From NCBI GenBank assembly GCA_026387355.1, contig JAPLLW010000008.1, positions 1,016 to 65,015 on the forward strand: DNA of 64,000 nt. Direction: 5' to 3'. A model generated the notes under the pieces. That model saw nothing but the letters and a program-made list of their open reading frames with translations, was not told the DNA's origin and ran no database searches. The DNA is from Candidatus Omnitrophota bacterium (GTDB taxonomy: Bacteria; Omnitrophota; Gorgyraeia; Gygaellales; Profunditerraquicolaceae). Below are positions 1 through 10,996 of the stretch, in pieces; position 1 is the first letter of the stretch, and every line of letters begins with the position of its first letter. A program made the translations under genes and the position numbers.

Positions 1-62
1 ATATATAGTTTTAATCTATCCAATAGGTTCATTCCTTTCATACGTCTATGCCCATTGTTCAT
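1..62 (-). CDS. possible 5' end of a divergent gene running off the window edge
   Basis: ATG at 62-60 preceded by GAGGGA; frame MNNGHRRMKGMNLLDRLKLY is open to position 1. Confidence 0.3.
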   Translation of the reverse strand, partial: MNNGHRRMKGMNLLDRLKLY

Positions 63-274
63 TTAATCCCTCATATAAAATAGTTTTAGTAAATAACCTT
101 GTTTAATCTGAGCTTAAGCCGCTTAAGTCCACATTATAGGCCTTAACGCAAAGGATTAAATTTAGTCATAAAGTTCAAAAAAATATTCATTTTTTGATAT
201 TTTAAGGTATAATTAAATATAGCTCTTGCGTTGGCCTACTCAAGAATGATACTTAATCAAAAGAGGATATAAAG

Positions 275-2419
275 TTGCCAGCCGAAATAATAGAAAACCT
301 TGAACAGCAGATAGATATAGCTCTTTATCTGCGAATATTAAATAAAAGAAAAAACCAAATACTCTTAATTGCCGCACTTTTTACTTCCCTCGCAGTTTTA
401 CACTCATTTATCGCCAAGCCGATATACAGAGCTGAGACCAAAATTCTAATTCAGAAGAAGACGCCTAGGGCTAGTACTCTTCAAGACGCTGTAAGTGGGC
501 AGCCCTCTTCTTACGGCGCAGATTCCCAGTATGATTTCGAGTTTCTCCTAACCCAAATATCTATATTAAAAAGCAGTATTTTGGCCAAAAGGGTTGTTGA
601 TGTTATGGATTTTGCTAATCGGGCTAAATTACCCAGTAATTGTAATTCCACGGAAGTGCTTCAGAAGATGATGAATGCGGAAAACCCCAGAAAGACTTAT
701 GTAGTTAAATTATCAATAGAATCAACAGACCCCATTCTTGCTGCAGATGTAGCCAATAATTATACCAATGAGTATATTAAATTTGTTTTAAAAGAAAAAT
801 CCGCTGTTTCGGACAAGGCCTTAGGTATGCTTCAACAGCGTAGAGATGAACTTAGGAAGAAACTAGAAGAATCAGAATTGGAGCTTCAGAAATATGGGGC
901 AGAAAACAAGATAACCTCTTTTGAGGAAGAAAAACAAGATCAGATAAAAAGGATCTCTAATTTAAATGCGGATTTGACAGAGGCAAGGTCTAAAAGGCTA
1001 GAGTTGGAAGCGCTTTATAACAAATATCAGCGTTTGATTAATGATGGGGTGAGCCTGGAAGAATTGCCTTTAGTTAAAGATAACCCGGGTATCCAAGAAC
1101 TCAAATCAGATTATTTTAAGAAAGAAGCAATTTATACAGAAAATCTTCAGAAATTTACTGAAGATCATCCGATAATGGTTCAGCTTAAAACGGAACTCAG
1201 TAATTTAAGGGGAAGAATCAGGCAGCAGATTATTAAGGCTATAGAAGGGATTAAATCTGAATATGAAACATCTGCCTCGCGCGAAGAGGGATTAAGTAAG
1301 GCCTTAGAGGAAGAAAAAAAACTTAGTTGGGAGATTAACGATAAGACGGTAAAGTTGGAAGATTTACAAAGAGAAGTAAATGCAGATCGCGAGCTTTATA
1401 CTGATTTGGTGCAAAAGATGAAGGAGGTAGATTTAGGCAGCGAGTTTCTCATAAGCAGTATAACTGTATTAGATAAGGCAGAAGTTCCTTCTAGGCCGAT
1501 AAAACCTAAGAAATTAAGAGATATAATTTTGGCTTTATTCTTTGGTATTTCCGGGGGCATCGCGCTGGCATTTTCTCTAGAAAGAATTGACCTTTCTGTG
1601 AGAACCAGCGAAGATATAGATAATTATCTGGGATTACCATTCCTGGGATTCATCCCCGCATTAAATTTTAACAATAATATTGCTGAGAACCGGCTGATTA
1701 TTTATTCGGATTCCCAGTCAAGCGCCTCGGAAGCCCTGCGTAGCATCCGTGCGAATATTAACTTTATCTTCTCCGGCCAACCTAAGCCGCTTGCCTTTTT
1801 AATTTCATCAAGCTTTCCTCAAGAAGGAAAGAGCTTTAGCGCCGTGAATATAGCTATTGCTATGGCCAGTGCTAATGAAAAAGTTTTATTAGTTGATTGT
1901 GATTTACGCAGGCCGACCCTACATAAAATTTTAGAAGTCGATAATGGAGTCGGACTCACCGATTATTTATCTAAATCAGCTAAGTTGGAGCAGGTTATTC
2001 AAAATACAATTGTGGATAATTTATCAGTAGTTACCTGCGGTAAGCTTCCGAATAATCCCGTTGAGCTTCTTGAGTCGGAGGTGATGAAAAGGTTTATTGA
2101 AGAAGCAAAAAATAGTTATTTCCGTGTTATTATTGATTCGGCTCCGATTCTTTCGGTCACCGATTCGCTTATTTTATCCCACTTGGTCGATGGTGTCATT
2201 TTTGTGATCCGAAGCGGTAAGACTCCGTGCGGGATAGTCGTGGATGTAAAGAAGAAACTGTTGAACGCAAGTGCGAAAATTACAGGAGTAGTATTAAACA
2301 GGATCAATATGGAAAAAGAAAGCTACTACTATAATTATTATCAATATGAATCTGAAAAAAAAGATGGCCAGCATACTCATAAGCATAAAAAAAGTAGAAA
2401 TAGGCTTTCTGAGGACTAA
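275..2419 (+). CDS. wzc: polysaccharide co-polymerase / BY tyrosine kinase (Wzc/GumC family)
   Basis: N-terminal TM and Wzz region, coiled coil, second TM, Walker A SSFPQEGKS, DCDLRRP, Walker B IIDSAP, C-terminal Tyr cluster YYYNYYQY; TTG start after GAGGA. Confidence 0.92.
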   Translation: MPAEIIENLEQQIDIALYLRILNKRKNQILLIAALFTSLAVLHSFIAKPIYRAETKILIQKKTPRASTLQDAVSGQPSSYGADSQYDFEFLLTQISILKSSILAKRVVDVMDFANRAKLPSNCNSTEVLQKMMNAENPRKTYVVKLSIESTDPILAADVANNYTNEYIKFVLKEKSAVSDKALGMLQQRRDELRKKLEESELELQKYGAENKITSFEEEKQDQIKRISNLNADLTEARSKRLELEALYNKYQRLINDGVSLEELPLVKDNPGIQELKSDYFKKEAIYTENLQKFTEDHPIMVQLKTELSNLRGRIRQQIIKAIEGIKSEYETSASREEGLSKALEEEKKLSWEINDKTVKLEDLQREVNADRELYTDLVQKMKEVDLGSEFLISSITVLDKAEVPSRPIKPKKLRDIILALFFGISGGIALAFSLERIDLSVRTSEDIDNYLGLPFLGFIPALNFNNNIAENRLIIYSDSQSSASEALRSIRANINFIFSGQPKPLAFLISSSFPQEGKSFSAVNIAIAMASANEKVLLVDCDLRRPTLHKILEVDNGVGLTDYLSKSAKLEQVIQNTIVDNLSVVTCGKLPNNPVELLESEVMKRFIEEAKNSYFRVIIDSAPILSVTDSLILSHLVDGVIFVIRSGKTPCGIVVDVKKKLLNASAKITGVVLNRINMEKESYYYNYYQYESEKKDGQHTHKHKKSRNRLSED

Positions 2420-2557
2420 GGCCTTTTTTAATCCGGGATTCCGATTTGTTAAAAGATAATGAATTTCTAGATTTTGGTCAATTAGCTGCGTATCTTTTAC
2501 CGTTAAAAACCTTCCACGCCTTGCAAATAAGATTTATATACCCTAGAAGGAGGAAAA

Positions 2558-2938
2558 ATGTTCTTTAAAAAGTCTGATCCTACAGATAAAAGGGTACACA
2601 AAAGGTTAAAGGCTCGCCTTCTGGTTAAGTATCACCTCAAAGATGGTATGTCTGAGAATGTGGTAACCAATTTAAAGAATATTAGCGTTGGGGGCGTATC
2701 TTTTGCTACCGGAATTTCAGTAACAAAGAACAGTTTCTTAGAATTAGAGATATTATTTTTGCCCGAGGGATATCTTTTGAAAACTAAGGGAAAGGTTGTT
2801 TGGGTAAACTTGATAGCTAGGAGTAAGCAGTATCTGTTAGGAATCGAATTTGAGGGATTATCCGAGCAGGATAAAGAATTATTGAATCGGTACATTAACG
2901 AGGCCCTAAAATTTAATAGCAAAAAGAACTTTAAATAA
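2558..2938 (+). CDS. PilZ-domain c-di-GMP-binding protein
   Basis: RxxxR (RVHKR) and D/NxSxxG (NISVGG) motifs; strong AGGAGG RBS. Confidence 0.88.
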   Translation: MFFKKSDPTDKRVHKRLKARLLVKYHLKDGMSENVVTNLKNISVGGVSFATGISVTKNSFLELEILFLPEGYLLKTKGKVVWVNLIARSKQYLLGIEFEGLSEQDKELLNRYINEALKFNSKKNFK

Positions 2939-2953
2939 GCTCTTATGTAAAGA

Positions 2954-4327
2954 ATGAACACTATAAAGTTATTAATTTTTATCATTTTTTTAGTTGTTAT
3001 GGTTTTAATGGCTTTAAACTCCCCTCTGCCACCTGCTTTAAGCTTGCTTACCATTTCGCTGTTACTTGCGGCTTTGATCTTAGTAATGATGATAAGCGTA
3101 GAACTTCCCATTGCTATCTTGATTCTTGCTATGCTTTTTTCTCCGGAAATAAGCGTTGGGGCAACCGTCTCAAGAGGGATAATTATACGTTTTGATGATA
3201 TCTTCATAATCCTTATTTTTATTATTTGGTTATTCAAAATGGCGGTTAATAAGCAATTAGGCCTCTTGAGACATACCTCGATTAATCTTCCCATTTGGAC
3301 ATATATTTTTATCTGTATTCTTTCTTCGATTAGTGCTTTTTACAACGGTATTGCGCAAAATCGCATTCTTTCAGGGGCATTTTTCATCTTAAAGTACTTG
3401 GAATATTTCTGTGTTTATTTTTTCGTACTCAACAACATAAAGACAGAGAAGCAGCTTAAACTCTTCTACAGTTTTCTTATGTTTACGTATCTGGCAGTAT
3501 GCGTTTATGGCTATATGCAGATTTTTACTTTTTTGCCTTCGGCAGAATCAGGCGCATTTAGGATAACCGCGCCTTTTGAGGGCAAGCCAGGAGAGCCAAA
3601 CACATTATCAGCATATTTAATGCTCTTAATGTCGCTTGCCCTGGGGGGTTTTCTTTATGAGAATAAGTATAGACTTAAGTTAACCTATCTAGCATTATTC
3701 CTATTGGGTATTTATCCGCTTTGCTATACGTTATCGCGTTCCGGGTATATGGGTTTCTTGACAATGTGCGTGGCTACGTTATTAATCGCTAGAAAAAAGA
3801 TTGTTTTTCTACTACCGGTCATCGTTATTCTTACGATGCTATTGTCGTATAATTTACCGGTCCAGGTAAAAAATAGAATTTCAGCTACTTTTGTTGGTAA
3901 GAAATATTCAGTTGGAGATGTTTCTATTGAGATTGATGGTTCGGCTAGGGAAAGAGTCACCAGCTACAAAGATGTGTTGGAGAAGAGGTATCCTTTGCAC
4001 CCGTTTTTAGGGACCGGCACCGCTTCGACCTTTATAGATGGACAATATTTTTCGGTATTAGCAGAGAATGGTTTATTCGGTTTGTTGGCTTTTTTTTGGA
4101 TTATCTTGGCTATTTTTGGTATTTGCAGAAAAAACTTAATTTTATTAAAAAAGGATAATTTCTCTCAGGGGTTAATCAGGGGTTTTTTGGCCGGCTTTAT
4201 TGGGTTATTAGTACATGCTTTGAGCGCAAATACTTTTATTTTGATACGGATTATGGAGCCATTCTGGTTTATAGTAGCTCTAATTGCTGCTTTACCTTTA
4301 GCTTTAGAGAAGAAAGTTAGTGTATAA
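2954..4327 (+). CDS. O-antigen ligase/polymerase (Wzy_C) family membrane protein
   Basis: many TM helices; EPNTL, TLSRSG, P-x-x-G-x-G and ENGLFG motifs; lies next to the flippase. Confidence 0.8.
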   Translation: MNTIKLLIFIIFLVVMVLMALNSPLPPALSLLTISLLLAALILVMMISVELPIAILILAMLFSPEISVGATVSRGIIIRFDDIFIILIFIIWLFKMAVNKQLGLLRHTSINLPIWTYIFICILSSISAFYNGIAQNRILSGAFFILKYLEYFCVYFFVLNNIKTEKQLKLFYSFLMFTYLAVCVYGYMQIFTFLPSAESGAFRITAPFEGKPGEPNTLSAYLMLLMSLALGGFLYENKYRLKLTYLALFLLGIYPLCYTLSRSGYMGFLTMCVATLLIARKKIVFLLPVIVILTMLLSYNLPVQVKNRISATFVGKKYSVGDVSIEIDGSARERVTSYKDVLEKRYPLHPFLGTGTASTFIDGQYFSVLAENGLFGLLAFFWIILAIFGICRKNLILLKKDNFSQGLIRGFLAGFIGLLVHALSANTFILIRIMEPFWFIVALIAALPLALEKKVSV

Positions 4328-4333
4328 TAATCA

Positions 4334-5893
4334 ATGTCAGAAGAAAAAGAAAAATTAAGCTTTTCCCATGCAATGATTAGAAATACTACCTGGAATTTGT
4401 TCGGGCAGGGGTGTTTATTTCTTGTCGTTTTCTTTTCCACGCCATTTATCATTCGTACCTTGGGGGTAAATCTATACGGCATTTATGCTTTTGTCAGCGT
4501 AATTATAGGATATTTTTCCTTTCTCCAGCTGGGTCTGGGAGCGGCTTCAATAAAATACATATCTCAATATCTCGCGGCTAAAGAAGAAGAAAAAATAAGG
4601 AGTATATTCTGGGTATGCCTATTCACCAATATCTTTTTGGGGCTGGTAGGGATGGGAATAATCTTTTTGTCTGCTCCGTTCTTAGTGGGGAGGTTTTTAA
4701 AAATGCCCCAGGAGTTAAAAGAAACTTGTATCTTTGTTTTAAAAGCGGGATCGTTTGGATTCCTGATTGCTTTGATCCAAAGTGCGGTAGCTGGGGCAAT
4801 TCAGGCAGCGGGAAGATTCGATACACTAAATCGCGTAAGTGTTCTATTCGGCACGCTTCAGGCCCTCACGGCAGTCGCTATCTTAAAAATGGGTTTTTCA
4901 ATAAAAGGAATGATTATCTCAAACCTAGTAGTTAGTGCCGTAGCTGTGTATGTCTATTGGCTAAATACAAAAAAGATCTATCCGTTTCTAAGGAATCCGT
5001 TTTGGGATGGGAAAGCGTTAATTAAGCTATTCAAGTTTGGAAGCTTTGTTACCGTCTCTTCCGTGGTCAACCCGATATTACTCAATATCGAGAAAATTAT
5101 TTTGACCTCAATGCGCTCCGTAGCCAGCCTTGCTTATTATTCCGTACCATTTTCGCTGGTAGATAGGTTGACTATGATAAGGTCATCTTTTTCAGCTGTA
5201 TTATTTCCTGCTTTCAGCTCTTTGCAGGATTCTTATGAAGCCAAAAAAAGCGAAGTAAATAAAGACCTGCATTTTAGAAGTACCCTGTATATAATTTTTT
5301 TATACTCATTCTTCGCGTTGTTCTTTTTATACTTCGGTAAGGATTTTCTTAAGGTATGGTTAGGCAGTGATTTTGCAAATAATTCTACTAAGGCCCTAGT
5401 TATTTTAGCTTTCGCCGGACTAATTAACGCTTGCGCCGCTCCTTCGATGAATGCGCTTCAGGGGATGGACAGGCCGCATTTACCAGCTATATTCCACGTT
5501 TTTGAAACCGTATTGTATATACCTTTAGCTCTTATTTTAATTTATAAATTTGGCACAACTGGAGCAGCTCTGGCTTGGTTTCTACGTGTTTTATTAGACA
5601 TGCTACTTTTACATAAAGCTTCCTGTGATTTATTAGGAGAAAATATCTTTGTTTGGTATGCGAATATTCTTCGCCGAGCCCTGTCGCCAATACTATTTTC
5701 CGGCCTGTTGTTTTGGTGGCTTGAGAGCCTTAGACTACCTTTATTAAGTCCGTTAACCATCAGTCTTATCATTTGTGTTTTTATCCTTTATGTTTTTATG
5801 GTATGGAGGTGGGGGATGGATAATTTTGACAGAGTAAAAATATCGGATTTTTTAAACATTTATTTAAATAAGTTAATCCTGCGGAGGTCTTAA
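4334..5893 (+). CDS. wzx: Wzx-type oligosaccharide flippase
   Basis: RNTTWNLFGQ, LG..YGIY start, about 14 TM segments, polysaccharide locus context. Confidence 0.88.
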   Translation: MSEEKEKLSFSHAMIRNTTWNLFGQGCLFLVVFFSTPFIIRTLGVNLYGIYAFVSVIIGYFSFLQLGLGAASIKYISQYLAAKEEEKIRSIFWVCLFTNIFLGLVGMGIIFLSAPFLVGRFLKMPQELKETCIFVLKAGSFGFLIALIQSAVAGAIQAAGRFDTLNRVSVLFGTLQALTAVAILKMGFSIKGMIISNLVVSAVAVYVYWLNTKKIYPFLRNPFWDGKALIKLFKFGSFVTVSSVVNPILLNIEKIILTSMRSVASLAYYSVPFSLVDRLTMIRSSFSAVLFPAFSSLQDSYEAKKSEVNKDLHFRSTLYIIFLYSFFALFFLYFGKDFLKVWLGSDFANNSTKALVILAFAGLINACAAPSMNALQGMDRPHLPAIFHVFETVLYIPLALILIYKFGTTGAALAWFLRVLLDMLLLHKASCDLLGENIFVWYANILRRALSPILFSGLLFWWLESLRLPLLSPLTISLIICVFILYVFMVWRWGMDNFDRVKISDFLNIYLNKLILRRS

Positions 5894-6498
5894 TGAAGAG
5901 CGGAGGTTTGAGAAAATATATTAAATTAAAGATAAAAAAATGTTTTTGTATGTTTAAGGGGATTGGTAGTTCTAGGGATGGCGCGTATGTGTCTATATCG
6001 ACGGATTTGAAGAATCCTAGGTGTATCGTATTGGGCGAAGGAGCTGTTTTAGAAAAGCGTGCAAGGCTTTATGCAAACGGAAAGAATTCCCGGGTAGAGA
6101 TTGGAGACTATACTACGATTCTCCCTTTTGCGCTTCTTAAGGCAAATGGCGGAACAATCAAGCTGGGTAAGAGGTGTACTGTTAATGATTATGTCGTACT
6201 TAATGGTCTCGGAGGGATAAATATAGGAGACGATGTTCATATTGCTTCCCATGTAGCTATAGTGGCATCGGAGCACAGGATTGAGAAATTGGGAACCCCA
6301 TATTTTAGCAAGGATATGCAGGGTCAGGGGATTAAGATAGAAAATAGTGTTTGGATTGGAGCAAATGCCGTTATTTTAGACGGAGTTACAATTGGCGCGA
6401 TGTCTGTAATTGGGGCGGGGGCGGTTGTTACTAAAGATATACCTCCTCATTCACTGGCGGTAGGTGTTCCGGCAAGAGTAATTAAGCAATTAGGTTGA
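5893..6498 (+). CDS. hexapeptide-repeat (LbH) acyltransferase
   Basis: VWIGANAVILDGVTIG...GAGAVVTKDIP...GVPARVI. Confidence 0.9.
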   Translation: MKSGGLRKYIKLKIKKCFCMFKGIGSSRDGAYVSISTDLKNPRCIVLGEGAVLEKRARLYANGKNSRVEIGDYTTILPFALLKANGGTIKLGKRCTVNDYVVLNGLGGINIGDDVHIASHVAIVASEHRIEKLGTPYFSKDMQGQGIKIENSVWIGANAVILDGVTIGAMSVIGAGAVVTKDIPPHSLAVGVPARVIKQLG

Positions 6499-6504
6499 TT
6501 TAAC

Positions 6505-7587
6505 ATGAGAATCATTTTAGCTACACCTCAGGATAAAACAGTATTGGGCGTAATCGGTTCTTATTGTAAGGCGGCACTCCAGGCTCAAGGAAATGAAGTA
6601 TCGGTTTTTGATTTCCGGAAAGAGTTTTATGCAAAGAGCACATTAATGCAGCGCTTAAAATCGGCAGTCAGATCTGCTCTTCCTTTCCTGCCTTCTTTGC
6701 GCGAATTACCAGCGGTAAAATTGGTAATAGATGATAAGGTCAACCGAATGCTGCTGGATCGTTCTGTAAAATTCAAGCCGGATATATTACTGGTACTTTG
6801 CGGTGAGAACATATCTCTTGATACCCTGATTAAGATAAAGAATGTATCAGGCACATTTACAGTTAACTGGTTTTACGATACCTTAATCTCTCCGCATAGA
6901 GAAAGTTTAGTGAGATCAGTGCTGCCTTGTTACGATTATTTGTTTATAGTGGATTCTCTCGGTGTGTTAAAGCGAATAAAAGCAGACTTTAATAAAGTCG
7001 CTACCCTGCCTTTGGCCTGTGAACCCTTGGTGCACAAGCGCGTAGTTTTATCGGATAAAGAAGCTAGGATATACGGCAGTGATGTTGCTTTCGTTGGGAC
7101 AGTAACCCCGGAACGCGAAAAGATATTAGAAGAATTAAGCGGGTTTAACCTCAAGATTTGGGGGCGCTGGAGCCGTAAATCTGCTTGCTTAAATAGTTGT
7201 TACCAAAAGAAAGATGTATATGCAGAGGAAGCAGTTAAGATCTATAACTCTTCTAAAATAATACTTGATGTTCATTCGCTTTTCGGAAGAGAGAAAGAAA
7301 TCTATAATGTTACCCCGCGATTATTTGAGGTCCCTGCATCAGGAGCATTTTTATTAACAAACTATGTTTCTCAAGTGAGCGATTTTTATAAGATTGGTGA
7401 AGAAATTATCACCTATGGAGATGTAAATGAGTTAAAGAACCAGGTTTCTTATTATCTAAAGCATCCCGATGAACGGATAAACATAGCCGAAAGAGGCTAT
7501 CAGAGGGCGCATAAAGAGCATACTTACGCAAATCGCGTGACAAAGCTTCTGGAGACCGTAAAAAATATGTACACGAGTATTAACTAA
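6505..7587 (+). CDS. CgeB-like glycosyltransferase
   Basis: DVAFVG, RLFEVPASG, IA..GY.RA...HTY..R typical of CgeB/Glyco_trans_1_2. Confidence 0.8.
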   Translation: MRIILATPQDKTVLGVIGSYCKAALQAQGNEVSVFDFRKEFYAKSTLMQRLKSAVRSALPFLPSLRELPAVKLVIDDKVNRMLLDRSVKFKPDILLVLCGENISLDTLIKIKNVSGTFTVNWFYDTLISPHRESLVRSVLPCYDYLFIVDSLGVLKRIKADFNKVATLPLACEPLVHKRVVLSDKEARIYGSDVAFVGTVTPEREKILEELSGFNLKIWGRWSRKSACLNSCYQKKDVYAEEAVKIYNSSKIILDVHSLFGREKEIYNVTPRLFEVPASGAFLLTNYVSQVSDFYKIGEEIITYGDVNELKNQVSYYLKHPDERINIAERGYQRAHKEHTYANRVTKLLETVKNMYTSIN

Positions 7588-8738
7588 TGAGTAAAATTAA
7601 TATTTTGTACTTGCATGAAGCATCTGAAGTAGCAGGGGCGGAGAATAGCCTGATTAACTTAACAGCTAAGCTGAGCCGCTTGGAGTTTAATCCGATATTT
7701 ATCTTACCCAAAGATGGACCACTATGCACAGAACTAAAGAAATTAGGCGTAGAGGTTAATTTTATTTCATTTCCTAAGATAAGAGAATTACGTGGTGTCT
7801 TAAAGAGCATTAAGCACATTTTTCAGCTGATCAATAAAAAAGGAATTGATATTATTCATTCAAATAGCATTCGTACTCATATTTATGGAGCCATAGCCGC
7901 GAAGCTTAAGAAAATACCTATTATCTGGCATCAGAGGAACTTAATTACTGATGAAAAGATCGATCTGGATAGGTTGCTATCTTTTATGCCGGATAAGATT
8001 ATTTGTAATTCTTTCGCTATAGCCAGGCGTTTTCTAAGAAGAAAAAGCCTTCCATGTAAGGTAGCGGTAATCCATAACGGGGTTGATACAGATAAATTTA
8101 ATTCCGTCATAGATGGTAAAAGTATACGTAATGAGTTTGGCATTAAGGATGATGAATTTGTTATCGGGATTGCCTCTAGGTTTAACTTTATGAAAGGCCA
8201 TGAAACTTTCTTCCAAGCCGCAAAAATCATACTTAATAAGAAAAACGTTTTTAGGGAGAATTTACGATTCTTGGTAGTTGGGAGTTCAGTTTTTAATGAA
8301 GATAAACCAAGAGAAGATTACCTTAAAAGGCTGATAAAAGAGCTAGGTATTGAAGACAGAGTAATCTTCACCGGGCTTAGGAGCGATATGCCTAAGGCTT
8401 ATGCGTCAATGGACATCTTTGTGTTGGCTACCGAAGCAGAGGCATGCGGCAGGGTAATTCTTGAGGCTATGGCATCAGGTAAGCCTGTGATAGCCACTGA
8501 TTCCGGGGGTAGCCCGGAGATGGTTAAAGACGGCGTTTCGGGGATTTTGTTTAAGCCGCATGATTCTAATGAGTTGGCAGAAAAGCTTTTATTTTTAATT
8601 GAAAATAAGGATCTGGCAAAGAAAATGGGGAGTAATGGGGTAAGGATAATTCAGGAGAGCTTTAGAATTGAAGATAATGTCAAGAAGACTGAAGTAATTT
8701 ACCATGAATTAATGCAAAAATATGATAGATCAAAATAA
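7587..8738 (+). CDS. GT4 glycosyltransferase
   Basis: GAE, IHNGVD, EACGRVILEAMASGKPVI (E-x7-E). Confidence 0.92.
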   Translation: MSKINILYLHEASEVAGAENSLINLTAKLSRLEFNPIFILPKDGPLCTELKKLGVEVNFISFPKIRELRGVLKSIKHIFQLINKKGIDIIHSNSIRTHIYGAIAAKLKKIPIIWHQRNLITDEKIDLDRLLSFMPDKIICNSFAIARRFLRRKSLPCKVAVIHNGVDTDKFNSVIDGKSIRNEFGIKDDEFVIGIASRFNFMKGHETFFQAAKIILNKKNVFRENLRFLVVGSSVFNEDKPREDYLKRLIKELGIEDRVIFTGLRSDMPKAYASMDIFVLATEAEACGRVILEAMASGKPVIATDSGGSPEMVKDGVSGILFKPHDSNELAEKLLFLIENKDLAKKMGSNGVRIIQESFRIEDNVKKTEVIYHELMQKYDRSK

Positions 8739-9906
8739 GACGTCTAGAGAAAGATCATTTTATTCGACCAAGTCGTCATGGTTTAAGAGCGCTCTTAAAA
8801 ACTTATATTTTTCCCTAAGAAGCTTGACTCTAACGCTTGTATTCCGAACCAGAAAGGCAGCAATTATCAGACAGGAGGATGTTCTTTCAATTGTAGTTAT
8901 TAGAATCGACAGGATAGGGGATCTGGTGGTTTCTTTTCCGGCGATCAAGGCCTTAAAAGAGATCTTTCCGCGCAGCCGCCTTGCGGTTATGGTTAGGCCT
9001 CAGCTAATGCCTCTCTTAAAGAATACACCCTGGATTGATGAGCGTATATCCTATAACGGTTTCTTGAATTCGATTGCAATTTTGCGTAGGAAGCATTTTT
9101 ACCTCGCAGTAGATTTGTTAATCGACTATCCGCTTAAGACTGCCTGGCTTTGTTTTTTTAGTGGGGCAAGATTAAGATTAGGTTTTGATATAGCCGGTAG
9201 GGGGAGATTGTTTAATCTCAGTCTGCGTCCAAGCCGCAAGGAGCAGAGACTTGGTGAACATACCCTAGAATTAGTTAAGTTCTTGGGAAGTGTTTTAGGT
9301 GTGTCTCAAGAGAAAATTCCTACTTCGGATTCGTGTATCTTGTTTTCTCGGGAAGATAAAGAATTTGCCGAAGAGTTTTTACGTGTTCGGGGGATAAAAA
9401 GTGATGACTTGATAATTGGCATACATCCGGGTGGGCAATTTCCTAGCCAGCATTGGATATTAGGCCGGTTTGCTGCATTAGCCGATGAAATTTACCAAAA
9501 ACATAGGGCAAAGATATTAATCTTGGGAAATTCCAACGAAAAAGAGCTGGTTGACAAGCTCAGTTCATTAATGAAGATAAAGCCAATTTTAACTGTAGGT
9601 CTTTCTTTGAATAAACTCGCCGCAATTATCGCACATTTTGATATACTGGTTTGTAATAATTCAGGGTTGTTGCATATTGCAGCCGCCTTAGAAATACCGA
9701 CTGTATCGACGATGGGTCCGACGCACCCGCAACTCTGGTCACCTAAAGGAGATAACCATATCGTACTAAGAAAAGAATTAGCCTGTAGCCCTTGTAACAG
9801 GCCTGTATGCGCCAGGCATGATTGCATGAAGTTAATTACTGTAGATGAAGTTTTGAGTGGGGTTGAGAACCAGATAAGTAAAATAGAAAATGCTAAAGTC
9901 AGTTAA
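8722..9906 (+). CDS. GT9 (heptosyltransferase-family) glycosyltransferase
   Basis: RIGDLV, HPGG, NNSGLLHIAAA, GPT, C-terminal CSPC..C...CM. Confidence 0.88.
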   Translation: MIDQNKTSRERSFYSTKSSWFKSALKNLYFSLRSLTLTLVFRTRKAAIIRQEDVLSIVVIRIDRIGDLVVSFPAIKALKEIFPRSRLAVMVRPQLMPLLKNTPWIDERISYNGFLNSIAILRRKHFYLAVDLLIDYPLKTAWLCFFSGARLRLGFDIAGRGRLFNLSLRPSRKEQRLGEHTLELVKFLGSVLGVSQEKIPTSDSCILFSREDKEFAEEFLRVRGIKSDDLIIGIHPGGQFPSQHWILGRFAALADEIYQKHRAKILILGNSNEKELVDKLSSLMKIKPILTVGLSLNKLAAIIAHFDILVCNNSGLLHIAAALEIPTVSTMGPTHPQLWSPKGDNHIVLRKELACSPCNRPVCARHDCMKLITVDEVLSGVENQISKIENAKVS

Positions 9907-9908
9907 GG

Positions 9909-10976
9909 ATGTATATGAGTAAACCATTTTTTTACTGTCCAGATTGTAGAGGAGACCTATCGCTTCAGGATAACGCATATTTTTGCCTGCGGTGCTCTTC
10001 TCGTTGGCCCGTTAAGCAGGGTATCCCTGTTTTTATAAAGAATGAATTGCCTTATTGGGCGGAAATACCTAAGGCCGAAGCAATTCGATTTAATATTTTG
10101 GCGCAAGATTTAGGTTGGCGGGAAGCAATGAGAAAATCCCTTCCTGCTGGTTTGCAGGAATTCATATCAGATAAAGATAGGGTTGGCTGGAAATATTTTA
10201 TTGAATCCGATATCTCCGGTAAAGTTCTCGATGTCGGAAGCGGTTGGGGGGCTCTCGCCTTTTCTTTTGCGAAAAACTGTGAAGCAGTCTATGCCTTAGA
10301 GCCGGTCTGGGAAAGGGTAAATTTCATACGCATCAGAGCAGAGCAGGATAGAGAAGGTAATCTATTTCCGGTTTGCGCAGACGCTCTCAATTTGCCATTT
10401 CCGGATAATTACTTTGACCTAGTTATTTTTAACGGGGTCTTAGAGTGGCTAGGTTGTTCCGACTTAAGGCTTAAGCCAGATATTGCGCAGGAAAAAGGAT
10501 TAAAAGAGGCGCAAAGGGTATTAAGGCCCGGAGGATCTCTTTACATAGGCATCGAAAACAAGCTCTCTTTTTTTTATTTTCTTGGGGTTAAAGACCCGCA
10601 TAGCAGGTTGCGTTTCGCTACTTTAATGCCAAAGAAAATAGCAAATCTTTATTCGAAATTATTAAAAAAGAAGGAATATAGAACCTATATTTATTCCATG
10701 CCTGGTTACAGGGAATTGCTATCTAAGTCAGGGTTTAAGAGTGTATCTTTTTTTCTGCCTGCCCCAGGCTATATAAAATTTAAACATATTGTTGCCTTGG
10801 ATAAAGATAGAATTAACGATATAGATTATTTCTTCAGATTGATTAATTTCAGAATAATATTCTCACCAGCTTTATTCCGGATATTTTTTGTTCTTGTTAA
10901 AATGTTATTTAGTCCTTTTCTTAGGAATATTTTTAAGCTTTTTGTGCCTGACTATCTTATAATTGCTAAGAAATAA
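9909..10976 (+). CDS. class I SAM methyltransferase with N-terminal Trm112-like Zn finger
   Basis: CPDC..CLRC..WPVKQGIP; VLDVGSGWG; LPFPDNYFDLV; RVLRPGG. Confidence 0.85.
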   Translation: MYMSKPFFYCPDCRGDLSLQDNAYFCLRCSSRWPVKQGIPVFIKNELPYWAEIPKAEAIRFNILAQDLGWREAMRKSLPAGLQEFISDKDRVGWKYFIESDISGKVLDVGSGWGALAFSFAKNCEAVYALEPVWERVNFIRIRAEQDREGNLFPVCADALNLPFPDNYFDLVIFNGVLEWLGCSDLRLKPDIAQEKGLKEAQRVLRPGGSLYIGIENKLSFFYFLGVKDPHSRLRFATLMPKKIANLYSKLLKKKEYRTYIYSMPGYRELLSKSGFKSVSFFLPAPGYIKFKHIVALDKDRINDIDYFFRLINFRIIFSPALFRIFFVLVKMLFSPFLRNIFKLFVPDYLIIAKK

Positions 10977-10996
10977 ATGCTAGGGTAAGAATTAAG

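Noticed and set aside
2632-3294. 220-aa minus-strand ORF and the many other short antisense or alternate-frame ORFs (for example 31494-32045, 33932-34339, 43160-43585)
   Set aside because: they fully overlap well-supported genes and show no motifs or RBS; shadow ORFs
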